Shown here: one piece after another, positions 63,508-64,000 of the stretch | Layout of the letters: every line of letters starts with the position of its first letter | Numbering within the stretch: position 1 is the stretch's first letter | From: Acidobacteriota bacterium | GTDB lineage: Bacteria > Acidobacteriota > UBA6911 > RPQK01 > JAJDTT01 | Assembly: GCA_965222655.1 (NCBI GenBank) | Contig: CBDCUP010000022.1 | Coordinates: 1,802,955 to 1,866,954, forward strand | Direction: 5' to 3' | DNA length: 64,000 bases | Program-made: the position numbers and the translations under genes | Notes under the pieces: generated by a model | The model's input: only the letters and a program-made list of their open reading frames with translations | Database searches by the model: none | Told to the model about the DNA's origin: nothing

Positions 63508-64000
63508 ATGTCGGTCTTTGTGTCCAACGCAGCGATATACAGAATCGGGTGTGGTTTCCTCGGGTCATTTCCCTTTTCCAGTGTCACAACTCTCTTCGAG
63601 GACCAGAAAATCGAGCTCGATGGCATCTGGAACAACACCTCTTTTGGTAGCAGCGGGAGCGCGAATTTCGCCTTGCAGCTGCAGAGTGATCAGCTGTCGA
63701 TGGACTTCAACCTGAACGGAGGCGTTTTCGGCCAAGGCGATCCTCCCAACGTAAGCGTACCCGGCACCGTCGGCACGGGCGGCATCATTTTCGAAGCCGA
63801 GAACGACCCCTTTTACGGAGATATAAGCTTCTTGATTGGCTACGATGCCTCGATCACCGCTAGCTTTACCGACGTTCCTTCTCCGGGAATCGATCGTGTA
63901 GAGGCAACGGGAACTATGGTTCCCCCGGACGGGGATGGGGGAGCGGCCGCGATCTCGGTGAACTATACCGTATTCTTCCCTGGTGGCGGTTCGGCTGTGG
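63508..64000 (+). CDS. Partial hypothetical protein running off the window end
   Basis: Open frame from ATG 63508 to window end (MSVFVSNAAIYRIGCGFLGSF...GDGGAAAISVNYTVFFPGGGSAV). Confidence 0.3.
   Translation, partial: MSVFVSNAAIYRIGCGFLGSFPFSSVTTLFEDQKIELDGIWNNTSFGSSGSANFALQLQSDQLSMDFNLNGGVFGQGDPPNVSVPGTVGTGGIIFEAENDPFYGDISFLIGYDASITASFTDVPSPGIDRVEATGTMVPPDGDGGAAAISVNYTVFFPGGGSAV

Overview
The window is an approximately 60-65% GC (by eye) accessory-type region. The gene content is typical of a Planctomycetota-like genome: a PSCyt/DUF1549/DUF1553 plus DUF1501 gene pair, an arylsulfatase, many Tat/Sec-exported BNR-sialidase-like and beta-propeller proteins, an FG-GAP/VCBS protein and an IPTL-CTERM sorting signal. 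The phylum assignment is inference from gene content only.

About 45 credible CDSs are present. They include katG, gamma-glutamyltransferase, two BNR sialidase-like proteins, an HpcH/HpaI aldolase, an amidohydrolase, and a soluble PQQ sugar dehydrogenase. There is also an RND(HAE3)/LolA-like/DUF1302-like/TetR efflux module, a pentaheme cytochrome c next to a PQQ dehydrogenase, a C69 dipeptidase, a gluconolactonase and a vapBC pair.

The window is heavily shaped by mobile DNA:
- An IS21-family element whose istA is frameshifted and split by a nested ~3.3-kb insertion carrying a large serine recombinase.
- An IS200/IS605 element (Y1 tnpA), plus a solo inverted copy of its right end 9 kb away.
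- An IS1182-like transposase gene.
- A dispersed family of ~200-bp hairpin-containing MITE/REP-like repeats with conserved ends but different palindromic cores. They occur singly and in tandem arrays, almost always immediately 3' of a TTAG/CTAA that overlaps a gene stop codon.

Two genes appear freshly disrupted. A Rieske-domain gene carries a perfect 17-bp tandem duplication, and a PQQ dehydrogenase carries a 1-nt frameshift. No rRNA, tRNA or CRISPR array was recognised.
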